From Brevundimonas sp. (GTDB lineage: Bacteria > Pseudomonadota > Alphaproteobacteria > Caulobacterales > Caulobacteraceae), in contig NZ_JBAZPS010000008.1 of the NCBI RefSeq assembly GCF_041648055.1, positions 28,742-92,741 of the forward strand: a stretch of 64,000 nt of DNA. Direction: 5' to 3'. Position 1 is the stretch's first letter, and each line of letters opens with the position of its first letter. This document shows, in pieces, positions 26,896 to 36,800 of this stretch. The notes beneath the pieces were generated by a model. The model was given only the letters and a program-made list of their open reading frames with translations, was not told the origin of the DNA and searched no databases. The translations under genes and the position numbers were made by a program.

Positions 26896-29847
26896 CTACC
26901 AGCGCTTGATCAGCTGGAACGCCGCGACCCGGCCAAGCGGACCCGCCTGCCCCGGATCGAAGCCGAAGCCTTGCGGGGAGTCATAGAAGGGCGGGTCCGC
27001 GTCGAAGACGTTCTGGATCGTCAGGGCCACCTCGACGCCCTCGGCCAATCCGGTTCCGACCCCCGCCCAGCGCAGCTGAAGATCGGCGGTCGTGAAGGCG
27101 TCGATGGTCCGCCCCGCCGCGTCGCGGTAGTCGGCGGCATGGTTGACGCCGATCCGCGTCGACCAGTCCCCGCGCGTCCAGGTTGCGGCGGCCTGGGCGC
27201 GGAGATCGACGGGGAAGCCCACCAACCCGAGAACGTCCTCGCGAACGGCCACCGGGGTCACCCGACGGCTGTAGTCCAGCAGGTAGGATGCCGAGAGGGA
27301 GAGACCGAAAGCGTTGTCTCCTACGTCGAAGTCGTAGCTGCCCGCCAGATCGATCCCCTCGACGTTCAGTTCGCCGGTGTTGGCCCATCGGCCGTCGAGG
27401 ATCACCGAGTAGGACGACGCCGGATAAAGGGTTGGCGAGACGAAGCGCGGGTCGGCGAGGAAAGCCTGGACGCGAGCCAGATCGGCCGCATTCCCGGGCG
27501 TGAGACGGGTGACGAACGGCGACAGGCTCGGATCGACGAGGATGCTGGTGATGTTCTCCAGCGCCGGTCGACCGATCTTGTTCTCGAAACGGATGTCAAA
27601 ATAGCCCGCGCTGAACCGCATGCCGGGCCGGGGCGCCCATTCGACCCCGAGGGTGAGGCTATCGGCCGTTTCCGGTTCGAGGTCGGTATTCCCGCCGGAC
27701 TGCAGGATCGCCACGCGGCTGACCCCGGAGTCGGACACGGTCAGGGGACCGAGCTGGACCCGATCGAAGACTTCGGTGAGGGCGGGGGCGCGAAAGGACG
27801 TCCCCCAGCTGGCGCGAACCGTGAACGGGTCCGAGGGCTGCCAGATCAGGCCGATCTTGGGATTGGAGGTCGTGCCGACGTCGTCATAGTCCTCGGCGCG
27901 CCCCGCCAGGGTAAGCTCCAGACGCTTGATCCCGGGCATTGCATTGGCCTCGCCCACCAGCGGCGCCCGCACCTCCATGAAGACGGCGCCGATGTCGCGG
28001 ACCTGGGGGTCGCCGATGGTGATGACCGGAGCCACGCCCGAAGCGAAGTTCTGGCTGCGACGGTTGAACTCCTCGCGCCGGAACGACGCGCCGATCGCAA
28101 TCCGGAGGTCCCCGCCCGGCAGTCTCAGGGGTGAGCCGTCCAGCATCAGATTGGCGGAGCTGATACGGCTGCGGTAGCGGGACCAGGTGTAGCCCTGCGA
28201 GATAAAATCCAGAACCGCGTCGCCGTTGGCCCCGCCCGACCCGAAGGGATTGAAGTATCCGTCCCGGGCTGCGTTGTAGGAGGTCGCCGGATTGTCGACG
28301 GCGTTGCCCAGCGCTTCGGCGAGGAAGGTGCTGTTAAGCTGGTTGTTCGTGCCGCCTTCGCTGAGCTCCTCGGCGAAGGCGCCGTAGGCTTCCAGCGTCC
28401 AGTCCCTCGGCAGCGCGATCTCGATCCCGGCGGTCCCGCCGAGGCTGCGCGACATGCCGTAGCTCTCGGTCGGACCGAGGTCGCCGATGAAATTGTAGGC
28501 GATCAGGTGGGAGGCCGAACCGGTCGGCGATACGAAGAAGGGGTTGTTGCGTCCGATGGTGAGAATGCTCACGGGCGCGAGGTTGGCGTATTCGAACGTC
28601 CGCCGGCTGAAGCGGGCGTCGGCGGACACTTCGATGTGCGAACCGAGGTCTTGGCGGACGCTCGCATAAGCGCTGTGGCGCTCCTGGAGCGGGAGGATGT
28701 CGACGTCGGCCCGCCGGTTGCCGAGGTTGGCGCCGCCTGCCTCGAAGTCCGACGGCGTGCGCGCCGTGCCGTCGGGACCGGGTCGGATCGCATAGGTGCT
28801 GCGATAGGCGCCGCGAGACGCGTCGAACACAACGATGCTGCCGGGCGGCCCGTAGAAGCTGCGGCGATCCGTGCCGCCCCAGGGCCTCAGATCGCCGGTG
28901 GCGGTGTAGTCGCGGTCCGCCGAGTTGAGCGCCGATTGATGCTGATACTCGTAGGACAGGAGCGCCGAGCCGGTCTCCCACCGCGTCCCGAACAGGTGGG
29001 ACGCCAGCAGGTCCTCGCCCCCGCCTTGCGCCGCAGAGGCGCGCAGCCGGGTTTCCTGACCCTCATAGCTCCGCCGCAGGATGACGTTCACCACGCCGGC
29101 CACCGCGTCAGATCCATACAGGGCCGAGGCGCCGTCGAGCAGCACGTCCACGCGCTCGACCGCTCCACCCGGGATCGCCGAGACATCGGCGAACTCCCCC
29201 TTCATTCCGGTCCCCGCCAGGCGCCGCCCATTGACCAGAACGAGCGTCGCGTCCGCCCCGAGCCCTCGGAGGTTCACGCCCGTCGCCGTCGAGGTGTTGC
29301 TTCCTAGCGAGTCGGCGCCCAGCAGCAGGCTGTTGGGTGTCGCGTTGCCCGAATAGGACTGAGGCAGCCGAACGAGGGCGTCGGCGACCGTGGCGTCGCC
29401 GCGCCGGTCGAGGTCCGAGCGCGAGATCACGGTCACGGGGGACGGCGATTCCCCGGGGCCTCTCAAAAGCGTCCCAGTGACGACAACCTCGTCGATGACG
29501 GTGGCGTCGTCGGTCGCCGCCTGCTGCGCCGAAGCCCGGCGCAGAACTATCACGCCCGGCCGACTGCGCGACCAGACGACGCCGCTTCCGGCGAGCAGGC
29601 GATCCAGCGCCGTGTCCGGCGCATGCCGTCCGCTCAGTCCCGGTGTCCGAAGGCCGGCCACGAGGTCGGCGGTATAGAGCATCTGCACATTGGCCTGCCG
29701 GGCGTAGGCGATGAGCGCCGCGTCCAGCGAGCCGCTGGAAATATTGAACTCGCGGGCCTCTTGGGCCTGCACGTCGGTGGCGAAGGCCACGGCGGCGATG
29801 GGCACGAGCGCGACGCCGGCAAGCAGGCTTCGGGTGCAGATGGTCAT
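26896..29847 (-). CDS. TonB-dependent receptor with N-terminal STN signalling domain (FecA-type transducer)
   Basis: 983 aa; signal peptide, FNISSGSLDAALIAYARQANVQMLY STN domain, plug, beta-barrel ending ...AAFQLIKRW. Confidence 0.92.
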   Translation of the reverse strand: MTICTRSLLAGVALVPIAAVAFATDVQAQEAREFNISSGSLDAALIAYARQANVQMLYTADLVAGLRTPGLSGRHAPDTALDRLLAGSGVVWSRSRPGVIVLRRASAQQAATDDATVIDEVVVTGTLLRGPGESPSPVTVISRSDLDRRGDATVADALVRLPQSYSGNATPNSLLLGADSLGSNTSTATGVNLRGLGADATLVLVNGRRLAGTGMKGEFADVSAIPGGAVERVDVLLDGASALYGSDAVAGVVNVILRRSYEGQETRLRASAAQGGGEDLLASHLFGTRWETGSALLSYEYQHQSALNSADRDYTATGDLRPWGGTDRRSFYGPPGSIVVFDASRGAYRSTYAIRPGPDGTARTPSDFEAGGANLGNRRADVDILPLQERHSAYASVRQDLGSHIEVSADARFSRRTFEYANLAPVSILTIGRNNPFFVSPTGSASHLIAYNFIGDLGPTESYGMSRSLGGTAGIEIALPRDWTLEAYGAFAEELSEGGTNNQLNSTFLAEALGNAVDNPATSYNAARDGYFNPFGSGGANGDAVLDFISQGYTWSRYRSRISSANLMLDGSPLRLPGGDLRIAIGASFRREEFNRRSQNFASGVAPVITIGDPQVRDIGAVFMEVRAPLVGEANAMPGIKRLELTLAGRAEDYDDVGTTSNPKIGLIWQPSDPFTVRASWGTSFRAPALTEVFDRVQLGPLTVSDSGVSRVAILQSGGNTDLEPETADSLTLGVEWAPRPGMRFSAGYFDIRFENKIGRPALENITSILVDPSLSPFVTRLTPGNAADLARVQAFLADPRFVSPTLYPASSYSVILDGRWANTGELNVEGIDLAGSYDFDVGDNAFGLSLSASYLLDYSRRVTPVAVREDVLGLVGFPVDLRAQAAATWTRGDWSTRIGVNHAADYRDAAGRTIDAFTTADLQLRWAGVGTGLAEGVEVALTIQNVFDADPPFYDSPQGFGFDPGQAGPLGRVAAFQLIKRW

Positions 29848-29929
29848 GAGTTAGGTCCTCTCTGACGCAACGGCGCGTCGAACAGGAGACGCAGGGCCGT
29901 CATCTCATCTGAGTTGGAGCCTGAAATTT

Positions 29930-30925
29930 TTATCCGCCGACGGATCGCGCGGTGAGGCGGACGCCGCCGTCGGCCTGCGGCTGGGCGGTCAGACCGAAGA
30001 GATCCGAGACGGCCGCGACGAAGGCGTCCCTGTCACCCGTGGCGAAGGAGCCGTTGACCGCGACCTCCGATGCAGGCCCGGCCGCCAGGACAATCTTGTC
30101 CGGAAGGTAGCGATTGACCTCGGCGACGGCGTCGCGCAGCGGCGTGCCCCGGAAGACCAGGTGACCCTGCGACCAACTCGTCTCGACCGTCGCATCGACA
30201 GCAACCGGCGCAGGGTCACGACGCGATGTCTGGACCTGTTGCCCCGGGGTCAGGCGCCAGTTGCGGGTCTCGGCCTGGACATCGGTGACCGCGACCGATC
30301 CCTCGACGAGGGTCACACGCGCCCCGGTGGATTCGCGCCGGACGTCGAAGACGGTGCCCAGGGCCGTGACCTCCGTGCCCCCGGCCTCGACCCTGAAGGG
30401 GCGGGTCGCATCGTGGGCGACGGTGAACAACGCCTGACCCTGTTCGAGCACGATCCGCCGTTCGCCAGAGGCGAACCGCACCCTGATCCGCGTGTCCGTA
30501 TCCAGCCGGACCTGGGTCCCGTCGTCGAGCGCGACGACCCGTTGGCCGCCGATCTCCGTTTCGTACAGGCCTCGCGTGGGCAACCAGAAGACCAGCGCTA
30601 GCGCCAGGGCGGCCACGGGGACGAGGACGACCGCGACCGGGAAGAGCCGTCTGGACCATTCGCGTTTCGTCCTTGGCCTTGAGGTCCGCAAGGTGGCCTG
30701 GGTCAGGTTCTGGATGTCGCCATCCGACGAGAGGGATCCCGTGCTCCGCCAAAGACGCTCGACCTTGTGATAGGCCTCCACGTTGCCAGCGGTCTCGCGC
30801 CACGTCTTGAACGCATGGAGCGTGTCGGCGGACACGGGGCGTTCCCCGAGTCGGACATGCCACTCGACCGCTTCACGGTCCGCAACGCCTGTCGCGCTCT
30901 GCGGGTCGCTCATGGCGTTCCCCAT
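29930..30925 (-). CDS. FecR-family anti-sigma/transmembrane sensor
   Basis: 331 aa; EAVEWHVRL ... FKTWRE N-terminal pattern, central TM helix, FecR periplasmic domain. Confidence 0.85.
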   Translation of the reverse strand: MGNAMSDPQSATGVADREAVEWHVRLGERPVSADTLHAFKTWRETAGNVEAYHKVERLWRSTGSLSSDGDIQNLTQATLRTSRPRTKREWSRRLFPVAVVLVPVAALALALVFWLPTRGLYETEIGGQRVVALDDGTQVRLDTDTRIRVRFASGERRIVLEQGQALFTVAHDATRPFRVEAGGTEVTALGTVFDVRRESTGARVTLVEGSVAVTDVQAETRNWRLTPGQQVQTSRRDPAPVAVDATVETSWSQGHLVFRGTPLRDAVAEVNRYLPDKIVLAAGPASEVAVNGSFATGDRDAFVAAVSDLFGLTAQPQADGGVRLTARSVGG

Positions 30926-30928
30926 CGG

Positions 30929-31429
30929 CTACAGCCGCAACTGGGCTGCGCAGTACTCGAGCGCCTTGATCATCCGCCATTGGACCGTGGTCACGGGGAT
31001 GTTCAGCCGCTCGCCTATCTCTTGATACTCCAGATGCGCGAAACGGCTCAAGACGAACACGTCCCTTAGTCGGGGCGGCATCGTCATAACGATCTGCTTG
31101 AGAAGGACCATGTCGATCTGAGAGGCGGGATCCACGAGCGGATCAGGGTCCAGCCGATCGTTGGCCCCGAGAGGCGCTGGCCCCCGCCGCCTGGCCTTAT
31201 CAATGATCAGGTTGTCGACGATCTTCAAAAGCAGCGCCTTGGGATGCTCGATCAGACCCTTGCGACTGTATGGCGCGGCCCGGATCCAGGCCTCCTGGGC
31301 GAGGTCCTCGGTTTCGTCGCCGAAGCGCTGCCTCAGCCGCGCCGTGAGCCAACCGGAATAGGCGCGATAGAGATCGTGAAGGCCGTGATCGGCCTCCTTG
31401 TCTCCCACACCTCCAGTTCGATCCGACAC
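30929..31429 (-). CDS. ECF (FecI-type) RNA polymerase sigma factor
   Basis: Start set at GTG 31429 (GGAGG 7 nt upstream); sigma-70 region 2 (DLAQEAWIR) and region 4 (EIGERLNIPVTTVQWRM); longer track start 31558 possible. Confidence 0.85.
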   Translation of the reverse strand: MSDRTGGVGDKEADHGLHDLYRAYSGWLTARLRQRFGDETEDLAQEAWIRAAPYSRKGLIEHPKALLLKIVDNLIIDKARRRGPAPLGANDRLDPDPLVDPASQIDMVLLKQIVMTMPPRLRDVFVLSRFAHLEYQEIGERLNIPVTTVQWRMIKALEYCAAQLRL

Positions 31430-31787
31430 GGGCTCGCCTCCAGATGATGAGGCGAGCCCGGCCGAAGCACCGGGTGTTGAGACCATGCTTGAGGCATGCG
31501 CCGACGCCTTTAGCCCCCAAGTCGTTGTCCGAGGGGCCTGGACATACGCGCCAGCCACACCGCTGCCGCGGAGCGAAGATGTAGAATGATCGTCTCAAGC
31601 GAGGTTCTCACGCCTCGGCGCCGCCCGAAGGCGACGCACTCAAAGCTTGAATCATGGCGGCGGGGTTTGCAAGCGGTGGCGCATTGGGTGCGCATGTCAT
31701 CCACGACAAGCCAGCCGCGCGAGCCTCACCGCGCCTAAGCGCCCCATCGGGACACGCGCGTCTTGTCTGAATTCGCTGTCGCGGTCT

Positions 31788-32378
31788 TCAGGCGGTGAAC
31801 GGTCTCATCGATGCGACCTTGCGTATCCGATCGACGACCTCCTTCGCCGCTCGCTTGGCCTCCCCTCGTTTCATGCCCTTTCGGCGCAGCTTCAGGGCGG
31901 TGTGGGCGAGGAAGAGCCGGTCCCAGGTCGCCTTGAAGCCCGTGTCCGCCACCTCGACGATGATCTTCGGCTTCTGTGGATCGTCCTTGAGACGATCCCC
32001 TGGCCGGCCAGGTTGCACATAGAGGCCGCGATTCTGGAGGATCTGCTCCACGATGACCCCATGGTTCTTGTTGAGATCGAATTCCACCATCACCACTGCT
32101 TCCACCGGGCGAAGAAGGGTCAGGATGAGGGTCACCGTCTCCTCACGGTGCGGAAGCCTACCCCACTGGACCCGGACGTCTCCCGGCGGCCCATGGTCGT
32201 GAGCTGCGATCGCCGCGTCGATATCGGGACGCTCCGTGGTGTCGAGGATGACCAGGGGAAACATCCGACCGTCGCCCACCCCCACGGTGGCGAGCGATCC
32301 GTCGGCGATGATCGGCGCGATCAGCTTCTCGTGGCTATGGTTCAGGGCGATCATCGCCTTGCGGAACGCTCCGATCAT
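31788..32378 (-). CDS. hypothetical protein (196 aa), third gene of coupled operon
   Basis: ATG 32378 overlaps upstream stop (ATGA); no motif recognised; basic helical C-terminus. Confidence 0.6.
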   Translation of the reverse strand: MIGAFRKAMIALNHSHEKLIAPIIADGSLATVGVGDGRMFPLVILDTTERPDIDAAIAAHDHGPPGDVRVQWGRLPHREETVTLILTLLRPVEAVVMVEFDLNKNHGVIVEQILQNRGLYVQPGRPGDRLKDDPQKPKIIVEVADTGFKATWDRLFLAHTALKLRRKGMKRGEAKRAAKEVVDRIRKVASMRPFTA

Positions 32379-32896
32379 CGGAGACTCCAGGTCAGCATGT
32401 GGGTCTCGAGCGTCGTCTTCTCCTGATGCGTATCGGTCGCGACCAGCTCGTAGCCCTCGATGGTCGAGCCCTTCAAAAGGTCGGCGGCGACCGCGAACCG
32501 CACCCAACCTTCGACGGTGTGATGGGCGTCGATGCGCAACGGCATCAGGAGCATCGGCACGCTCTCGTCGGCATTGGGGATCGCCGGCGCCAACAAGGTC
32601 AACGGAATCTCGCGGCGGTGGCGGATGCACAGTTCCAGCCCGGCGACACTGTTGGCTGTGTCGGTTGGGTTGGCGATCTGGAGGTGGATGGCGAACGATC
32701 TCTTCCCGTCGATGTCGGAGACCTTGGAGTCGATGAGGCGGAGATCCAGCCGGGGCGCGCGACGGGCTTCCTGCCGCTCCGCCAGTCGCTGAGCGCGGTG
32801 CGCAGTGATCCAGCTCATGATCGCAACGACAAAGGCGGCGAGGGAGACGAGACCGGTCGCGATGGCGATCACGTCAGACGAGGTGAGACCTTTCAT
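32375..32896 (-). CDS. hypothetical single-pass membrane protein (173 aa)
   Basis: N-terminal TM helix VIAIATGLVSLAAFVVAIMSWI followed by a probably beta-rich domain; ATGA overlaps at both ends. Confidence 0.6.
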   Translation of the reverse strand: MKGLTSSDVIAIATGLVSLAAFVVAIMSWITAHRAQRLAERQEARRAPRLDLRLIDSKVSDIDGKRSFAIHLQIANPTDTANSVAGLELCIRHRREIPLTLLAPAIPNADESVPMLLMPLRIDAHHTVEGWVRFAVAADLLKGSTIEGYELVATDTHQEKTTLETHMLTWSLR

Positions 32897-33756
32897 CCGA
32901 TCGCCTCGCGCTTGCGGGCGATGCGCACTTCGGCAGCCGCATCCTGTGACGCCCTGAAAGGCCCATAGTCGGCCGAGATTTCCCCGAGGCGAGTGTTGTT
33001 CTCCTCATCGCCGACGATCTGGGTGAAGGCGACTCCCAGGGCGATCCCGATCATCAGGATGCGATCGAGCGTGTCGGCGATCCGCTCGGGATCCTCGGGA
33101 CCGACCAGATAGCCGTTCCAGCTCTCACCGTCGTCAGCCATCCTCATGTGCCGCTGCAGGGACTTGCCGGAGGGGTGAACGGCATCGTCCGACATCACGC
33201 GATAAAGGAGGTACAGGTGTCCCAGAGGGCCGAGCTCCGCGAGCTTCGAGATGTTCAGGTTCGACACGGATCCGATGCTGTCCACAACATCCTGAAGCAT
33301 CGCGGCGTCCGCGGACATACCGCTGCGGAGGATCGTTTTCGCCTGCCCCTTCTTGGCGGCGGCGGCATCCTCGATCATCACCGCGCGCGCCTTGTCCGGA
33401 TTGTCGTGAAGCGCGGCCATCAGCAGGGTGTTCTCCAGCAGTCCGCGCGCCAGTGTCCGCGCCTCAACATCCATGCCGCGTTCGGCCATCAGCACCGCTC
33501 CCTGCAACTGGGCGCAGGACCGATGCAGGAGAAGCAGGGCCATCGGCTCGCGGTCGAACGGCATGCCCCGCACGGTTTCGCAGGCCGCGGTGGCGGCCTT
33601 CTGAAGGCAGGCATTGAGGGCTTCGACGAGTTCGAACCCGAGGGCGTTGCCGTTCCGCCTGGCCTGGATGCGGTCCGAGATCGCCGTCGACAGAAAGCCT
33701 GCTTCGTTGAAAGTCGTCATGCTGCGGATAACACGGTCGTCCCGTCTTGAAGGCAA
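32893..33756 (-). CDS. hypothetical all-helical protein (DUF5677/AbiV-like impression only)
   Basis: TTG 33756 has GGGAGAG 7 nt upstream; alternative ATG 33720; helical sequence with ARGLLENTLLMAAL and SDDAVHPSG; family assignment from memory and weak. Confidence 0.55.
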   Translation of the reverse strand: MPSRRDDRVIRSMTTFNEAGFLSTAISDRIQARRNGNALGFELVEALNACLQKAATAACETVRGMPFDREPMALLLLHRSCAQLQGAVLMAERGMDVEARTLARGLLENTLLMAALHDNPDKARAVMIEDAAAAKKGQAKTILRSGMSADAAMLQDVVDSIGSVSNLNISKLAELGPLGHLYLLYRVMSDDAVHPSGKSLQRHMRMADDGESWNGYLVGPEDPERIADTLDRILMIGIALGVAFTQIVGDEENNTRLGEISADYGPFRASQDAAAEVRIARKREAIG

Positions 33757-33818
33757 GGGTCGTCTCTCCCTACCTAGGATTCACGCCCAGGGCGCACGGG
33801 GAGGGACTATTCGGCGGG

Positions 33819-36800
33819 ATGACGCAGCAAGGGTTCAGCGCGAAGGACATGGTCGGGGCCCGCGCCTTGTTGGCGTGGTCGCAAGCTGACCTGGCCAAGG
33901 CGGCGAATATTCACCCCAGCGAGGTCGCTGACTTCGAGCTCGATCGGCGTGAGGTCAGGCCTGCCGCCATCGAGGCCATGACTGAGGCGATCGCAGACGC
34001 CGGCGTCCGGAACGACGATCAAGGCCTCAGCCTCATTGAAGATCCCGCTGCGCCGACCCCCTTCTCCGGCGGGAACCCGACCCGCTTGATCGAGGCTTCC
34101 GACCTCGTCGTCTGGGCCGACAGCCGCGACGGCCAGGCTGGCATGCCCGAGCTTCTGAGCCGTTTGATCCGCGCCGAGCGCGGGGTCGCCGCCAGAGTTC
34201 GATTCCCGTCCGGCGACAGCGTCGCTCAACATGGCTGGGACGGCGAGGTCCGCGTTGTCGGCGCGTCGGTCAGGATTCCGGATGGCCAGTCGGGGTGGGA
34301 AACCGGGACCGACCAGAACAAGAAGTCAAAAGCCGATGGAGACATAGAGGCCCGAACGACGGATCACGGCGACCTCGACCCGGCGGATACGACGTTCGTC
34401 TTCGTAACGCCCCGTCGTTGGGCAAAGCAGAAGGACGTCTGGGCCAAGGCGCAGCGCGCCAAGCGCATCTGGAAGAACGTCCTGGCCTATGACGCCGACG
34501 ACCTGGTGGACTGGATCGAGTGCCATCCCGGCGTCGGCCAGTGGCTCGCAGTCCGCCTTGGCAAGCGCCCTAGAGATCTGAAGTCACTCGCGGACCTCTG
34601 GGCGGACTGGTCGGGCGCGACCCAGGTTCCGTTGAGCGGAGAGCTTACATGCATCGGACGCGACGAGGATGCTGCGGTCGTCCTGCGGTGGCTTTCGGCC
34701 CCCGCCTCAGAGCCGCTGTTCGTTCAGGCCGAGTCCGTCGAAGAGGCGGCGGCCTTTTTCCATGCGACGATCGAGATGTTGCCTGATCGGTACTATCGCG
34801 CCGTGGAAACCCGCGTCCTGGCGCCGGAAACATCGGCAGCGGCGGCGGAGCTTGCCGACGGCCTGACGCCGCTCATCCTCATCCTCAACGAGACGGAAGC
34901 CGGCGTCGCTCAGCGGCTCTCTCGAAAGGGCCATTATATCTACGTCGCCCTGGGCCCGAACTCGGAGGCGCCTGACTCAGCGCGTCGGTTGGCGAAGCCG
35001 ACCCGGAACCAGCTGCAGCAAGTGTTGGAGCGGATGGGCCTCGAGTACGGCCAGGCGCAGAATCTCTCGCTCGACGCCGGCCGTAGCCTCGCCGTCCTTC
35101 GCCGTCTCATGCCTGCGGCACCGGGCAGCCGTCCATCCTGGTCGATCCCGCAGCCGCCTCGTCCGATGCTGGGTGCGCTTCTCGCCGGCGGATGGCTCGA
35201 GACGCTGGACGGCGACAAGGCCGTCATCGAACAGCTGGCCGGCGTCCCGTACGAAGAGGCCGTCAGAGCGCTCGGGCCATACGCGACCGCTCTGGACGGG
35301 CCTCTGCGCAAGCGCGAAGACGCGTGGCGACTGAAATCGCCTCGCGACGCCTGGACCCTCCTCGCGCATAGTCTGACGGCTCCGGACATCGACCGCTTCC
35401 TGTCCGTCTATTGCGAAGTCTGCGCCGAGATCGATCCGACATGGGACATGGCGCCGGACGAGCGCTGGCTGGCTCCCATTCGGAACATCCACCCGCGTTT
35501 CTCGTCATTCCTGAAACAGTCGATGACGGAAACGATGGCGCTTCTGTCGTTGTACGGCGACCGGGCGGGTCTGGTGGACGGCGTCGAGGCGAAAGTCGCC
35601 AGGTCCCTCACCACAATTCTGGACGGCGCCACGGAGGCGATCTGGTGGTCCCTCGGACCCGTCCTGCCGAAGCTGGCGGAGGTCGCGCCTTCGGCCTTCC
35701 TTGGCGGCATCGAACGTGCGCTCGGCCCGACGCCCAGCCCACTGATCGCCTTCTTCGAGCCCGAGACGTCGACCCACACCGTCACGCGGCTTCCCCAGCT
35801 GATGTGGGCCTTGGAAAGACTGGCCTGGGATCCGGCTCTTCTGCCTCGGGTCGCCGACGTCCTGGCGCGGCTCGATGCGCTGGATGGGGGCGGCAACAAC
35901 GTCGCCCGTCCGAAGCAGGTTCTCACCACGATCTTCCTGTCGTGGTCTCCTCAAACCCACGCGACGCTGAAGCAGCGGCTGGCCGTCATCGACGGCCTGC
36001 GCAAACGACATGGAGACATCGCCTGGGATCTCATGATCTCACTCCTGCCGCGCTCGCACGCGATCACGATGCCGACGTCGTCTCCGCATTGGCGCAAGGC
36101 CGCGCCAACCGACCGCGAGGCGTCGCCTGAGACGGTCGTCCACGACTGCGTCGTAGAGGTCTCAGACCGGCTGATCGAGGATGTCGGCAATCGGCCAAAG
36201 CGTTGGAAGGCTCTGCTCAAGGCCATGGAGCTCCTTCTGCCCGACGCTCGGGCTGGGATCGGCCAGAAGTTGCTGGAGGCGGAGCCGACGATCATCGGCG
36301 AAGAGGATCGCGACTTCACGCGCACGGCCCTTCGGAAGGTCCTGGCTCGCCACCTGGAATTCCAGGACGCGGACTGGTCGATCCCGGCGGATGAATTGAC
36401 GGTCTTCCAGACCACCCTCGAGCGGTTCAAACCCGAGGATGTCCTCTGGAGGCATGCCTGGCTGTTTTCCAACGGCACCGGCTGGATGGGTTCCGTGCGC
36501 GAGTGGCGTCAGTCGCTGGACGAAGCGACCGCCGCCCGTGCGGCGGCCTTCGAGGAGATCGTCGAGGTGCGCGGAATCGACGGCGCGCTGGCCCTCCTCG
36601 ACCGATGCGATCAACCCCGGTGGGTGGGAGAGGCGGTAGCGCACTCGCCCGCCGCAGCGTCCTGGCGGTCAGACTTCATCGAACGCGGACTGGCCTCCGA
36701 TGACGGGCCGCTCTGGCAGGCCGCAGCCGAAGCGATCGGCCTTCTACGCGAGAAGGAAGGCGGCGCCGATTTCGTCACCCGCCTGCTGCCGGCGCCGGCC

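Larger units (their letters stand above)
19296..31429. other. lasso-peptide biosynthetic and uptake/turnover locus (isopeptidase type)
   Basis: Regulators, two precursors, B, C on + strand; ECF sigma, FecR, TonB-dependent receptor, S9 peptidase on - strand. Confidence 0.85.

Noticed and set aside
29848-29929. Possible ECF (FecI-type) promoter upstream of the TonB-dependent receptor.
   Set aside because: I could only find AAC ... CGTC with about 21-nt spacing, which does not fit the usual 16-17-nt ECF spacing. There is not enough evidence to call it.
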